From assembly GCA_951406725.2 (NCBI GenBank), contig OX597822.1, positions 11,594,001 through 11,658,000 of the forward strand: 64,000 bases of DNA, in the 5' to 3' direction. The notes under the pieces are model-generated. The model did no database searches, was not told where the DNA came from, and was given only the letters and a program-made list of their open reading frames with translations. This document shows positions 1 to 14,363 of this stretch, in pieces. Within the stretch, counting starts at the first letter, position 1. Each line of letters opens with the position of its first letter. The translations under genes were made by a program, and so were the position numbers. The DNA is from Octopus vulgaris. Its lineage: Eukaryota.

Positions 1-990
1 CTCGTGATTCAAATCCAAAGAGTGACTCCTCGCGTTATCGATAAGAAGCAGCACCTCCAGTTCCATGCATACGTTATAGAAGTAATCCCTGGCTTGTGGG
101 TTGAAACATTAGTGAAACTAATTCGAAGTTAGACTTTTTGTAATCCAGGCCTTGGGTTATGCATCCAGGGAACAGGCAGCAGGTTTTTATTCTTATATTC
201 TTATTTTTGAAGGCCCTCGGGTTCGAGGGCTAGTAGATAAGTCCTGGTTTCATCATGGAGCAAGCGGCATTGCCACACATAATTACCGTCACTCTGTCCG
301 TCTGTGTCTTAAATCCTGGAGGTCCGGCCTTGACCTTCATGATGTACGTTCTGGCATCTTCTCTCAGAACAAGCCAGTCTCGTCCATATTGAAAGCATGT
401 TCCGGTTTGTATCCCTTGTCCTCGATGATCTGTCTGAAGGTCTCAAGGTACTTCTCGACAGCTCTTAGTGGCTGATGCTATTTCTCCATGCAGGGAAACA
501 CATTTTATGTTAATCTGTTTCTAGAAACGTTCAAACCATCCCTTGCTGGCTTGAAGATCCCCGGGCTCCGGTGCTATCAATGGTCTTCATTGCGGTTCTT
601 CGATGTCTTCTGCTCCGTCTCCCCTGTCGAACTGCTGGTATAACCTCCGCTCTTTCTCGCGGATGATGTTACCATCCAAAGGAGATGGTTTTGTTCTACA
701 ACGCCAAGGCAGCTTCCATCCTGACCAAATGCTTATTTCTCGCTGTCGTTATCTTTTTACCACTTTCACAGAAACTTACTGTTACGGTAGACCTGATCAC
801 CACCTCGTTCTTCCTTATGTAGCGTATGGTACATTCGTTGATACCACAACGGCGACCTACTGCAGCATAAATTTTACATTCCTGGAGCATATCCAGTAGT
901 TGTACCTTCTCATGGAGCGTCATAACCTTATTCTGGCGTTTAGGTTCACTGCCATAAGCCTTAGAATGTGTAGGGCGTTTGGGTCGTATC
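1..990 (-). pseudogene. pogo/Tigger-like transposase remnant (CENP-B-type HTH plus DDE_1), frameshifted, running off the window start
   Basis: ORF 696..923 (MTLHEKVQLLDML...VGRRCGINECTIRYIRKNE) is a psq/CENP-B N-terminal HTH, preceded in frame by PKRPTHSKAYGSEPKRQNKV. The minus strand near 350-400 reads FNMDETGLF*EKMPERT, the pogo DDE motif with an internal stop. Confidence 0.8.
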
Positions 991-1220
991 TTTGAGCTTT
1001 AATAACACGCTGCGAAAAGCACAGCGCTCAACAAAATACTCGAGATGGCTACTGGACGCAGTTTCCCACCCCCCCCCCCAAACGTACAAAAACGTCCCTG
1101 CGTCTAATATGCACATACCGCCAATGGGAGATTGAGCAGAGGTTGAAAATAATAATGGTTTTGAAAAATTTAATTTGTATTACCACTGGATACAGTCATT
1201 TAAGGTATAATGATAATGAT

Positions 1221-1284
<64 letters not shown>

Positions 1285-1552
1285 TGAGAGAGAAAGAAAG
1301 AGAGAGAGAGAGAGCGAGAGAGAGAGAGAGAAAGAAAGAGAGAGAGAGAGAAAGAGATAGAGAGTGGGGACCAGCAAGTAACCTAATTTAAATGAGGCTA
1401 TATTGTCTCACAACCTTAAAAATTATTCTGTTGAAATAAACAATGTGTATAATCAAATGTAGTGAGGATTTTAAAAAAGCGCTTCATTCAGTTTCGTGTA
1501 ATATGTATCTTTGATTTGTCATCGATAGCGTAAGTATTACTGGTACGATATA

Positions 1553-1619
<67 letters not shown>

Positions 1620-1759
1620 TAAATTAGAGACAAAACCACTATTAGGCAAATCAAACAATGAAAATCTTAAGCCAATACAATATAATATAATATTCTACTA
1701 TAAAATTGGATTCAATCCTAAATCTGATTTTTCCCTGTAAGTTTGGATTTATTCCCTAA

Positions 1760-1830
<71 letters not shown>

Positions 1831-1915
1831 TCACTACGATGCGAGAGAGAGAGAGAGAAAGAGAAGAGAGACAGAGAGAGAAAGAGAGTGAGAGAGAGAG
1901 TGTATGTGTGTGTGC

Positions 1916-1946
<31 letters not shown>

Positions 1947-2166
1947 TGTATGTGTGTGTGTGTGTAAAATACACATAGCTGTCGCTATACTGATTAGTAA
2001 GCTTTGACTGAAAGCAGGACTAAGAGATACGAAATACAGTGTAATTGTGTCCAAGTTACTCAAGCGACGTGCCGCGGGCCTATTCTAATCATTGGGAACT
2101 TTCAACTGTGAAGGGGCGTCCAATACGTCAGGAAATACGGTATATCGTTATTCTCTTTCCCTTTTT

Positions 2167-2380
2167 CTCTTTTACTTGTTTCAGTCATTTGACTGCGGCC
2201 ATTCTGGAGCACCACCTTTAATCGAGCAACTCGACCCCGGAACTTATTCTTTTGTAAGCCCAGTACTTATTCTATCGGTCTCTTTGGCCGAACCGCTAAG
2301 TAACAGGGACATAAACACACCAGCATCGGTTGTCAAGCAATGCTAGGGGGACAAACACAGACACACAAACATACATGCAC

Positions 2381-2448
<68 letters not shown>

Positions 2449-2610
2449 GAGGAGCTTCTTTCAGTTTCCGTCTACCAAATCCACTCACAAGGCTTTGGGC
2501 AGCCCGAAGCTATAGTAGAAGACACTTGCTCAAGATGTAACGCAGTGGGACTGAACCCGGAACCATGTGGTTGGTAAGCAAGCTACATACCACACAGCCA
2601 CTCCTGCGCC
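2167..2610 (-). mobile_element. tRNA-derived SINE family A (CORE-like block, internal TA/CA microsatellite)
   Basis: The minus-strand head ggcgcaggagTGGCTGTGTGG...GGTTCAGTCCC has A/B boxes and is followed by ttgagcaagtgtcttctactatagc. More than 15 related copies occur in the window. Confidence 0.85.
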
Positions 2611-2645
2611 TTAACTTAGCCTTAAAAAGTGTCTGAAAAAATATA

Positions 2646-3933
2646 CACTGCGCGTCAAATTATTAGGCAGCTCAGTTTTTTTCGCAATAACAGAGTATTT
2701 ATTCGTTCGAATCCAGATATTTTCCCACTGCAAGGATAACAAACACCTGCATCTATTATATCAAAATAAATCTGATCCATCCATGCTGAAAGAAACAACG
2801 GCCATTTTTGTAAATAAGCATAATTTTTTAGGCAAGTCTAATAAAAATGCTAATTATGCAAAAACGAACATTTATTTAATGCGGCAATTAATTTTTAACA
2901 ACAAATATAATCATAACGGACTTTATAATGAACATATTATGTTTGAATGGAAATAATACAAGAAATATGATGTCATAAAGTTCTTAATGATGGCTGTATG
3001 GTCCTGCACCTGAGATAAGGTCCCTGACGCGTTTATCCATTGAATTTGTCAAGGTAACTATTTCATCTGGTGTAATACTGTCTGCAGCATCCACAATAGC
3101 TTCCCACTGCGCATCTTTTGTTGAAAACTGTCGTCCATCTTGATAAATCTTCCTCTTCAGAACACTCCATAGAATTTCGGGTGAACACGCTGGCCTCTTC
3201 ACCAAACGGTGTACAGAGAAGCCTAATTGCTGTTGGTAGTCCAGAGATTTCTTAGCTGCATGGGAGAGCGCATTATCTTGCATGAACACCAGCGTTCGCT
3301 TTAATGGAACTTTCTGCTTCTTCAACTATGGCTTAAAATTATCCTCCAAAAAAGCAATAGAGGAATTGGATATCATCTTAGTTCCGTCTCGAACTTTCCA
3401 AGGACCAACTAACTTGTCTCCAATGATGTCAGTTCAAATCATGACTCCACCTCCTCCTTGTTGGCCTCTCAAACGTTGAGGACGATATCCGCTAATTGTT
3501 ACCCATCTTTTAATCCACCTATCTGGTCCGTCTCGGGTAGCATGGTATTCGTCAGTAAAGATGACTTTTCAAAAATCTATCTTCATGCAGTCTTCTGTCC
3601 ATTTGACTCTATTTTATTTATGTACAACCTTCAGAGGTGGGTTGTAACATGTTTTACGTTCTTGGCTACCTGCTTCGGGAAGCGGCACATGGTAGATTTC
3701 GAAATGTCTACCCTACCACATCGTTTAACCACTTCTCGACTAGTCAGACACGTGTTCTTCACAACTTCAGTCGTTATACGTGACAGGGTTCTCCTGGAAA
3801 CAACCCTCAATTTACCCTTGTCAACCCTCGAACGGACAGCAGAAGACTCCACACATTTCTTCACAGTTCGATGGTCTCCTCCCAGGATCTTCCATATTTC
3901 CAATGTCGTTTTTGCTTTTTTTCCAAGCTCTGA
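2646..3933 (-). mobile_element. Tc1-like transposon, 5'-truncated, with a degenerate transposase
   Basis: TA followed by CACTGCGCGTCAAATTATTAGG is a Tc1-type terminus at 2646. The ORF pieces give the HTH region (3631..3951) and FMQDNALSHAAK...RPACSPE ILWSVLKRKIY (2984..3325). Confidence 0.8.
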
Positions 3934-5227
3934 GACGACACACACACACATATTTATATACCAACATACGTATATGCATATACGTGTATGTGTGTGTGGC
4001 GGGGTGAGTAAATAATTTGCTTAAAATCGTCAAACCAATTATAAAAATTTCAGTCGTTATGATGTAATTCTATCAGTAGTTTGTACAATTCAAATGAATT
4101 TAATTCTGAAAGTAATTTAATTGATATTTTTTAAAATGTGTGAAAAAATCGGGAAATATATGTTACATTACGTTACGAATCAATTATAACATAATTATAT
4201 TTGAATTAATTGCCGCTGATTGATTTAGACACATATAAAATTATCGAATTTTCACCATAAGAACCTATATCGCAAATATTAAATGTGTATTGTAATAAAA
4301 AAAATATCACAGTTTAAAAATTTCTGTAAAATATTAATTATTAAAAGGGGAAATAAACAACTGCAACTTTGTAAAACTATTCTTATCGATTCTTAAATGG
4401 GCTGAAAGTTATTTGGAAGGAATTTAAAAGCTTTTTTATATGTAACCACTATACATAGTATCCATAAATTATCTTTACAACTACCACATTTTGTTATCTA
4501 GATGTGTGGCATGCAACCAATGGAGCCCATGTGGAAGTGTTCTGATATTTTAAATAAAAAATTATTTGATTGCAAAATCATCTTTCTGAATTTTTTAAAT
4601 TTTAAAGATAATTTATGGACATCCTCTATGTATGTCCATTGTCCTTACTGATATTATTAATAATGTTGATAATTCTGATGATTATAATCTTAAAAGTATG
4701 GCGGACGATTTAAATTCTAAATGTTCCGAAATATTTCCACCTGGGTTAGAATGATATATGAGCATGTAGAACACTGTTTGATTCCATCATGTTGCGCTGC
4801 ATATTATTTTTGTTGGAAGACATTTTGAAAACCCACATTGGTAAAAGACGTCCTGAAATTTAAAATACAGAACGGCAGATTAGGAGCGACCAATTACCGC
4901 GATTGAACTGCACAAATCGTTAAATATTAGAAGTGAAACTCTAATGTTCCCCTTTGTTATCAGTTTAAAGCCACAATCAGCTTGCAGACTGAAGAAATGT
5001 GTATCCCGTTTCAGGTATGATGAACTAGCTGATAAACTGGAGATTAGAAAAAAAAAGCTTCCATGAAATGAATTTTAACAATGCATTTGAAGCTTCAACC
5101 ATTTTGCTTGTGCATGTGCTAACAATGGAAAGGCCTGCGTATCGGACGCCAGTTAGTTTCAGGGGTCATTGGGAGAGCATGCGCATCTCTCGATGCACTG
5201 TCTACTGGATAGGCTGACTAGTATATA

Positions 5228-5426
5228 TATTTCTTTACTACCCACAAGGTGCTAAGCACAGAGGGGACAAACAAGGACAGACAAAGGGATTAAGTCGATT
5301 ACATCGCTCCCAGTGATGAAAGGCAAAGTCGACCTCGGCGGAATTTGAACCCAGAACGTAACGGTAGACGAAATACGGCTACGCATTTCGACCGGCCTGC
5401 TAATGTTTCTGCCAGCTCGCCGCCTT
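5228..5426 (-). mobile_element. SINE family B
   Basis: Minus strand reads aaggcggcgagctggcagaaa...gggttcaaattccgccgaggtcgactttgcctttcatc; same family as 63411-63639. Confidence 0.75.
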
Positions 5427-5839
5427 GCTAGTATATAGATGGCCGACTATATACTAGTCGGCTGACTAGTATATAACCGTCAGCATTCGATTTATGTCCT
5501 CATCTTGGGATCATCAGCACCAATAAAATTATGAAGTCCTGCAACCCTGACTTGCAATAGAGGCAATCATGGGCCTCCCTTGCGCCCATACAACACTTCT
5601 CTAACACCTACTTCATAGATCATGCTTGTAAACATTTTCAGCTTGTCTTGTTTTGACCCCTTCATTTTACCGAAGGGAAACGGAAATTGATTTAAATGAA
5701 GAATCACGAAAAATACTTGAGGAAACAAAGCCTTTCGGTTTTGAGTAGTACAAATGCTATTTGTTTATTTTCGCGGCGTCTGTTACATTTCAACTCACCG
5801 TGTGGTGTACCTGGGCAAAAACAATCTCTTTACCTCGTC

Positions 5840-6420
5840 ACTGCGACGACGAATGAAGAAGTTGTTAAAGATTTAGAAGTAATATTTAATCCGTTAAAAG
5901 ATTATAACTTAAAATTCCAGACTATACAATGCGATTTCTATTGCAGAGAATTCAGTTGTTTTCGCTATAGTGCTAGCTTTCCTGGTAAAAGATTGTCCTG
6001 CAAAATACAGACGCTGTCTACGAGTTATTAATTCCAAAAAATGCGGATAGAATATTTGTTTTTTAAATTTAATATTATTGGACATTCACTAAATAGATAG
6101 CAAAGGTAAATTTTATTGTCATTGTTTAATTTATCGAAAAAGAAGCGCCTTTGAAACATCTAAATGATTGTCAGCAACATTTTAGACAAGTTGGAACGAC
6201 AATAGTTTGAGACCAAAAATCTCACAAATTACAACAAAAATCCACCGATAATTCTCTGCACTCGATGCCATATTTGACTGTATTGGAGTTGTTCTGCTAT
6301 GAAGCAAAGTAAAATTGAATGAACATCAACAACGATATTCCGATATAGATAAAGCGATCTTATCTATTATATTCGATCTTCGTAAATTTAATCTATTTTG
6401 TATGGATAACATTTTTAGTT
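5840..6420 (+). pseudogene. Highly decayed Ty3/gypsy pol fragment (RT C-terminus/RNase H)
   Basis: EEVVKDLEVIFNPLKDYNLKFQTIQCDF resembles the gypsy H..DL..VF.RL....LKL...KC.F segment. Downstream pieces read AFETSK and LDA..DCIGVVL, resembling the RNase H DAS..IG.VL motif. Many stops. Confidence 0.55.
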
Positions 6421-7172
6421 AATCACCAATAACAAGCCATTAATGTACATAGGTGTCGATGAAAATATAGAATTATATACGTGGCAATGACAACTTTGGC
6501 GATATTATTGGCGTAGTACTAATACACTGTGCACGATAAAGCTTCGAAGCAACGAAAAAAAGCTGATAATACTAACATATTATTAAGGCTAAACTTTTAT
6601 TCAATCTAGCATCAAAATACAGTTTATTCTTCATGAATATCTTGATGAAACGCCAGTTATTAGTAAAGGCATTAAATCCGCCATAAAGTCTGATATCAAT
6701 ATTATTCGTATTAACAAGCAAATCATCGGTAATGGATGACTGTAAACCCAAAGTATTGAAGGCGAAAAACTAAAAGAATGTCGTATAAAAATGGATGCAA
6801 TTAATTATTTTTCAGTCAAATTTTCGCAGAGGAATTTCTTTTAGAAATAATGCAAAATAAATTTCGATTCAGCTGTATGAACTCATTGAGGTTTAGCCTG
6901 AATGAAATAAATGTGCTGCAGGCATTATTACAAGAACGAAAATATAATCCAGTATAATTCAATTGTGATATCAGTTTTAGAATATCAGTTACTTGTTAAT
7001 CCGCTTGATAAATGAATTGATGAATGGCCGAAAACATTTCATCACGACAGCCGCTACATGACGACTACGACGGTCCATGTTATGATAATATATATCTTAT
7101 CTTTTATCTTGTACTCGCTTCAATCAATGTATTGCAACTATCATGCTGGGCACCAACATGAACACAGACATA

Positions 7173-7213
<41 letters not shown>

Positions 7214-7450
7214 ACGCACATACACACACACACACACATACACATATATATATATATATAAATTTGGGAGCCCTTTATTATATTTGGGAGCCCTTTATTA
7301 TATTTCTATATGAATCATATTTTTCTATATGAATAATATTTTGTCTAATGACTAATTCGTCTTTTGTGCTAGGCCACCACTGGTAATAATAATCTATGTT
7401 ATTACCCTTTTTCATTATGTTCATATATATATATATATATATATATATGA

Positions 7451-7775
7451 AGGCACAGGAGTGGCTGTGTGGTCAGAAGATTGATTCCCAACCACATGGT
7501 TCCAGGTTCAGTCTCATTGCGTGGCACCTTGAGAAAGTGTCTTCTACTATGGCCGACGAAAGGCTTGTGAGCGGAGTTGATAGGCGGTAACTGAAAGAAG
7601 CTGTGTGTGTGTGTGTATATATATACACATCATTTGACAATGATGTTGGTGTGTTTACGTCCCCTTAACCTAGTCGATCGGCAAAAATGAACGATAGAAT
7701 AAGTAGTAGTCTTACAAAGAATAAGTTCTGGGAGTCAATTTGATCGACTAAAGGCGATGCTCCATCATGGCATGT
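7451..7775 (+). mobile_element. SINE family A, degenerate
   Basis: The ggcacaggagtggctgtgtggt head and the family A 3' half are recognisable. Confidence 0.7.
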
Positions 7776-8859
7776 ATGTGTGTGTATACGCAAGAGAAGA
7801 ATGCATATGAAGTTGTATTGAATTCAAAATTATTACACTTAACCGGTTTCATATTTCTATGATTTTATAACGTGTAAATTATGAAACTTCGTATATATTC
7901 TATGAGTACGTTTGCCTTCATTCATTTCTTCTGTACAACTGCTTGTATGGATGAGTAGCGATGTATGTATATTGAACGTGTGTATACACAGTTTACGTCT
8001 ACGAAACTTACTCGGGGCTATATTAGAAGTTATTTGCTCACGTTGATTCGCAGTGGTGTTAAACCCAAAACAACACTGTCACAAATCGGGCTCCTTAACC
8101 ACACAGCTTTGCCTGTACCTAATAGATTTGTTCTCGAAATTTACGCCTTCTGAACTTAAGCAATTTTGTTATCAAACCTGAATTCAACAATTGATATCCA
8201 TCTGTTTTTCATTCTGTCCCACAGCAGTTTTCTTCGTTTAAACGACGAAAGAAGCCAACTCGAAAATATGCGACGATTGGTGCTAGAACAATCACGTTTT
8301 TATTACATATTTATCTGTACCATAAAAAACATTGGGCTGGAAATCGTTGTTAGGGGTGACGATCATGGAGGGGAGACAATCACGAACGATTATTTCGTTA
8401 GTAATGCCGCCAAACCATGATCAGAGATATAACATACAAACTTTTTTAATAAATTATGTATAGGATAATCAGTATTTTTCGCGAATTAATTTTTTGAATG
8501 GTGCCACAATTACAAAGAAACTCGGTTCAACCCTGCAGTTGTTTCAAACAGAATAGAACTGCGCCAAAACAAATAGATTTGGTTTCTTGATTATCTCACG
8601 CCATCGTCGACCAAGTACATTTTTCGATTTCAAAGACTGGATTTTGAGCGAAATCAATTAATAAATATGTTCATTGATCTAAAGTTAATACTGCAGACCA
8701 AAATTACCACAAAAGGCACCACGACTGTGCATCAACAGGCACCAGCGAGGTACACGACATAAACAATTAAATAACGAAGATAAACAGCTTTTTGCTGTTA
8801 GAAATTGTGGGTTAGTGCTTTGTACTATTTATCAATTAATATGTATCTCAATGTTAATG

Positions 8860-9230
8860 GTGGCGCAATGGCCCAGTGATTAGGGCAGCGGACGCGCAGT
8901 CGTGCGACCGCGCTTTCGATTTCAGGCGTTGTGGTTCTTTATTGACCGAAAACACCTAAAGCTCCACGAGGCTCCGGCAGGAGATGATGGTAAACCCTGC
9001 AGTAGTTTTCACCTCAACTTTTACTATTTCTTCCTGTTTCTCTTGTACCTGTATTTGAAAGGGTCAGCCTTGTCACACTCTGTGTCACGCTGAATCTCCC
9101 CGAGAAATACGTTAAGGGTACACGTGTCTGTGAAGTGCTCAGCCACTTACACGTTAATTTCACAAGCAGGCTGATCCGTTCCTTTGAACGGATCAACTGG
9201 AACCCTCGTCGTCGTAACCGACGGAATACC
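8860..9230 (+). mobile_element. tRNA-derived SINE family C
   Basis: Head ggcgcaatggcccagtgattagggcagcggac and tail ggatcaactggaaccctcgtcgtcgtaaccgacgga are shared with the copies at 33497 and 60625. Confidence 0.8.
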
Positions 9231-9482
9231 ACGACGATCTCATTGTTGCACGAAATTCCTTTTGTATTATTGTGATGTATGCTAATCGTTACAAATTATT
9301 TGGCAAGATTGCAGACGACCATATTAATACATTCACTAATTTAATTAATATTAAGTTTTATTTCCTCAAAAAATAATTTATCCAATGTTTTAGACAAAAA
9401 TCATTTAAAAAAGAATAACATTACATCTCGTGTAACACAAAAAGAAACATAAATTTGAAAGCATTCATATATTTATTTCGTT

Positions 9483-9883
9483 ATTTCCCGGGGAGGGGTG
9501 GGGGCTAAACATAGAGGGAAAAACAAGGATAGACAAAGGGATTACGTCGATTACATCAACCCCAGTGCGTAACTGTTACTTATTTAATCGATCCCGAAAG
9601 GATGAAAAGCAAAGTCGACCTCGGTGGAATTTGAACTCACAACGTAACAGCAGACGAAATACCTATGTCTTTACTACCCATAAGGGGCTAAACATAGAGG
9701 GTACAAACAAGGACAGACAAACGGATTAAGTCGATTATATCGACCCCAGTGCGTAACTGGTACTTAATTTATCGACCGAAAGGATAAATGGCAAAGTCGG
9801 CCTCGGCGGAATTTGAACTCAGAACGTAACGACAGACGAAATACCGCTAAGCATTTTGCTCGGCATTCTAACGATTCTGCCAG
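9483..9883 (-). mobile_element. SINE family B, tandem (dimeric) copy
   Basis: Two consecutive copies of the gacaaa...aagtcgacctcggcggaatttgaactc body. Confidence 0.75.
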
Positions 9884-9896
9884 CATTCATATATTA

Positions 9897-10195
9897 TAGG
9901 TGCGAGCATGATTGTGTGGTAAGACGTCCGCTTCCCAACCACGTGGTTCCGGTTTCAGTCCTACTGCGTGGAACCTCGTGCAAGTCTCTTCTACTACGGT
10001 GGATTTGGTAATTTGAATCAACAACCAGAATTTGTGTGTTTACGTCCAAGTATCTTAGTGGTTCGGCAATCAAACAAAGGAGATGGGTACCGGATTTTAC
10101 TAAAAATAATAAGCATTGAAATCTATTAGCTCGATTAAAGTTTTTCAAGACGATGCCCCAGCATGGCCGCAGTCTAACGACTGAAACATAAAAGA
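9897..10195 (+). mobile_element. SINE family A, internally deleted
   Basis: Family A head and the ccagcatggccgcagtc...gactgaaac tail are present. Confidence 0.65.
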
Positions 10196-11924
10196 ATTCT
10201 AAAACCTGTTGTTTCCTCCTCCCTCCCCCCACTCGTACACAAATGTTTTTCCAGAAGAAATGGTTAAGTTTGAATGACTGTTTTTGCATCAACTGATAGA
10301 CATCATTCGCTTTACTCATTTGGGTTGGACAACTTGTCTCTACGAAAAGACTGCTCGACATAGTCCGCATCTGGTAACACGCTCATGTATTATCAAACAA
10401 AAACAAAAAAAAAAAAAAACTGCACTATAATTCATAATTTAGAAGCAGCACTGTGGATATGCCAACATACACGAGCTGGAGACATGGCTGCCCTCACGCC
10501 CTCATCATGAGGAATTCTGGAAGGAGCTCCATGAGACCACTGCAGAAGCGCTTCCGAAAAATGAATTTCAGCAACCGTTGGAAAACCGAACCTGGCACTG
10601 ACTCAATCAATTCCTAGCAATACCTGAAGAAGGAATTTTTATATTCCGAAATATATCAGACTAGGAATAATTGAATTATAACAGTTATTATAGTCCACTC
10701 TGCATTGTTGTGCTATTCAAGACACATTATATTTACTACATCATTCAATCAGACTCTCAGATGAGTTTTGAAGCTTTCATATCAGCACACTTCTACCACT
10801 ATCTTCCTAACCAGATTCACCTTGTCTGTGTCATCGAAACATTGTCCCCAAAGACTGACCGTCATTGGACCGAATAAGTGGAAGTCAGAGGAAGTAAGAT
10901 ACGAGCCGCATGGTGAATGCAGGAACCACTGACCAACAAAGTTTGCCATTTGTATTATTCATGGTGAATGTGGATTGCTAGCAGATTTTTGGCCGGTCTT
11001 TTCCTCCAAATGCGTTCCCTAAGCTTTTTGAATGTCTCAATCTTCCGCTCTTTCTTCACAGTACGGTCAGTTTTAAGAAAACTAACGAAGATGACTCCCT
11101 TCTTACATTCCAAACACTCAGCATGAACTGTTGTGCCAATCGTTGGCACTTGAACGTCTCAGTTCTTCGAGAAGAGGTGTAATGCCATTCCATGGATTGG
11201 AAGTCTATTTCTAGATTATAAAATGTTTGCCACATTTCATCCCCTGACACACCATATTGTAAAATATCTTTTCTATATTAGTTATAGATGCTTCCAGAAA
11301 CCAATCAAACTTCCACCCTTCTCTCTTTGAACTCGAGTCTCAGTCGCTGGCGCACTACCCTTTGAACTCACCGTGACACAAAATCTTTCAGCCTTTTCCT
11401 TACTGCATTGCTACCACAGCCCAGCTGTATAGAAAACTTACGGATTGTGACTCATATCTCCGCGCAAATCAAGTCGCCCACTTGTTACAGATGTGTGTCA
11501 GTTGTGGGAGACTCCAACAATCTCCAACAGCGTAACTTGTGTTCAATGCCTCTCCCCTCTTCATTAAACCACTTTATCTACTTATGCACTTTAGTCTTGT
11601 CACACTAAGACGCTTTAAACTTCTGTAGATATCGGACAACCATCCTTAGTCAAGAACTCAATGATGGTACAACGCTTCTGCTTGAAACATAGTTTGCATG
11701 AAATGAAGAACAGCAAGAAAAGCTAGTTTAGAGGAGGTTGCTATAGCAGCATGAACATCTTGAACTACATATGCCTATAGATAAATAAGATATGTCCTCC
11801 ATTGCATAACCTTCGGTAGAAAGCTAGGCTATATCTGTCTATTTTCCAAATGTCAGTAGCATAAAAGAATGCTTTTATATTCTTATCTCACAGCCCAAAA
11901 TATTTCCCCCTTTCTTTCTCTCTC

Positions 11925-11978
<54 letters not shown>

Positions 11979-11979
<1 letters not shown>

Positions 11980-12902
11980 GAAGGTGAATCAAAAAGTAAT
12001 GCCATTTTCTTTATTTCATGTGAAGTTTTTGATAAATTTTCTTAGTTTAAAATGATTCTATCATTTACGTTCTGAAATATTTTATTTCTTACTTTTCAGG
12101 TTTTTAGACTGGTAAGGAATATTCAAAGTGGCTGCCCCATCCCCACCCCTTAGAGTTACGCCAAAAACAAAGAGCAGTGACTGAATTTCTTGTTGCTGAG
12201 GGGGAAACCCCTGTGAACATTCACCAACGATTACAAAATGTCTTTGAGGACAATAAGTTAGATTATAGCAATGTATGTAGGTGGTTCTGTGCAGGTGGGT
12301 CCATCACCTGAAAGATGAAAAGGTGGAAACTGTCAGTGTAGGCGATAAACCCCGTTCCTGCCGTCCATCCGCTTCTGTGAATCCTGCCAATAAAGCCAAA
12401 GCAAATGCTCTGATCAGAGAAGACAGGTGCATAGCTCTTGATGAGTTGGCAGAAATCCTTGAAATGAACCATGGAAGTGCTTACAACATTGTCGAATCAC
12501 TTGGATTTTCAAAAATGTGTGCCCGTTGGGTACCGAGAGAGCTGACTACCGAACGCAAATCTGACAGGGTCAATGTCTGCACTCGAGATTTAGCGCCTTC
12601 AGACTATCATCTCTTCGGCCCCACAAAAGAGGGTTTGAGAGGCAAACATTATTCTAGCGACGAGGAAGAGAAAACTGTAATGAAGAAGTGGCTCAAAGAA
12701 CAGTCAACAGAATTTTAGAGAGCAGGGATACATGCTCTCATTCGAAAGTGGAACATTGATATTGAGAGAAACAGTGACTATGTTGAGAAGTAGGGACGGG
12801 ATGCACAGAGGACCAGCTTCATTTTGATGTATGATACATGTTCCTGTACAGGTAATTATACCCGTCCTAAACAAAATGGCATTACTTTTTGACTCACCCT
12901 CG
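11979..12902 (+). mobile_element. mariner element with both TIRs and an internally deleted transposase
   Basis: TIRs are cgaaggtgaatcaaaaagtaatgccatttt and aaaatggcattactttttgactcaccctcg followed by TA. ORF 12281..12718 has KMCARWVPRELT joined directly to DLAPSDYHLF, so the segment with the first two catalytic D residues is deleted. Confidence 0.9.
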
Positions 12903-13129
12903 TATATGTATAGTTCATATAAGTGATATCTACCATTCTATTTAAGTTGAACACTGATTTTCTTCTTACATCTCACTTCTACTAGGTACACCTATTTCCA
13001 AGCTTTTAAGCTTTCATTTTAATTCACATATCGCTCTATGTTTCTCCTTTATTAGTTTTCTGCTTATTCCTTTCTTTTACGCCTCCTCTTTCTATAGGCT
13101 ACCTTTAACGTTATATTTACTCTTTTTTT

Positions 13130-13524
13130 TTCTCTCTTTACTTGTTTCAGTCATTTGACTGTGGCCATGCTGGAGCACCGCCTTTAATCGATCAAATCGA
13201 CCCCAGGACTTATTCTTTGTAAGCCTAGTACTTATTTTATCGGTCACTTTTTTGCCGAACCGCTAAGTTACAGGGACGTAAACACACCAGCATCGGTTGT
13301 CAAGCGATGTTGGGGGGACAAACACAGACACACAAACACGCACATATAAATATACATATATATGAGGGCTTCTTTCAGTTTCCGTCTACCAAATCCACTC
13401 ACAAGGCTTTGGTCGGCCCGGGGCTATAGTAGAAGACACTAGCCCAAGGTGTCACGCAGTGGGACTGAACCCGGAACCATGTGGTTCGTAAGCAAGCTAC
13501 TTACCACACAGCCACTCCTACGCC
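13130..13524 (-). mobile_element. SINE family A, full length
   Basis: Close match to 2167-2610 and 24985-25393. Confidence 0.85.
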
Positions 13525-13551
13525 TATATATATATATATATATATATATGA

Positions 13552-13842
13552 TGGACTCTCCCATCATTCGACGTCGTATGAGGGGTCGACAATTTCTTAG
13601 CGAACAACCACAAAGATGATTTGTTTATATTGATCAACTGGTTGTTTACACATAGACTCACTCCTTACATCAAATCGACATCACCTGTACAGGTGCAACG
13701 GATGCTACAAGTCAGATGATGAAATGATCACAGAGCAACGTGAAATGAAGTGCTTTCCTCAAGAACATAACGCAACGCCCGGTCTGGGAATCGAACCCCG
13801 ATCTCACAATCATGATTGCAACACCTTAACCACTGAGCCGTG
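13552..13842 (-). mobile_element. tRNA-derived SINE related to family C and to the 35816 copy
   Basis: Minus-strand head gcacggctcagtggttaagg...gttcgattcccagaccgggcgttg. Confidence 0.65.
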
Positions 13843-14363
13843 CATATATATACGAAGTTATTAATGAGAGATTATTTATCCGGACAAAATATTTTTATAA
13901 ACTCTCTGTTAGTACATCAGGCGAACAATATTCCTTAGATTAGTCCACTGAGGTCGACTTTGCCTTTTATCTTTTAGGGATCGATAAAATATATAACAGT
14001 TGCAAACCGGGGTCGATCTAATCGTCTGGCCTCCTCCCCCAACATTTCGAGCCTTGTGCCTAGAGTAGAAAAGAATATTGTTTCGGTTAGTAAAGAACTC
14101 CACGTATTGTTGTGGGAGGGTCCGAATTTGTGGTTCATATTATATCCATGGTTGTGTTCCAATTACACAGCAGCGGGCTTAGGGAGATGTAGCGAGGTTG
14201 CCTCCCTTAGTCACTGGGCTAGTGTTTTTATTGAGTTGTTTTGACTCTTATTTCTAGCAATACTGGTGCTGATTAGTGCCGTTAGTCACTTCGATGGCGT
14301 CTATATTTCTGGCTTTATACAAAGCTTTACATTTTACTTTTGACAATCTTTTTCTAAAAAAGT

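Noticed and set aside
2560-2610. tRNA genes at SINE heads
   Set aside because: A/B boxes are present but there is no full cloverleaf, and they are always fused to SINE bodies.
5470-5525. Minus-strand ctgatgatccc...tcgaa hammerhead-like remnant
   Set aside because: GAAA and the cleavage site cannot be reconstructed.
10380-11250. Possible gypsy integrase tail, polypurine tract and LTR start (gagaagagg-TGT at about 11170)
   Set aside because: No convincing protein motif and no second LTR.
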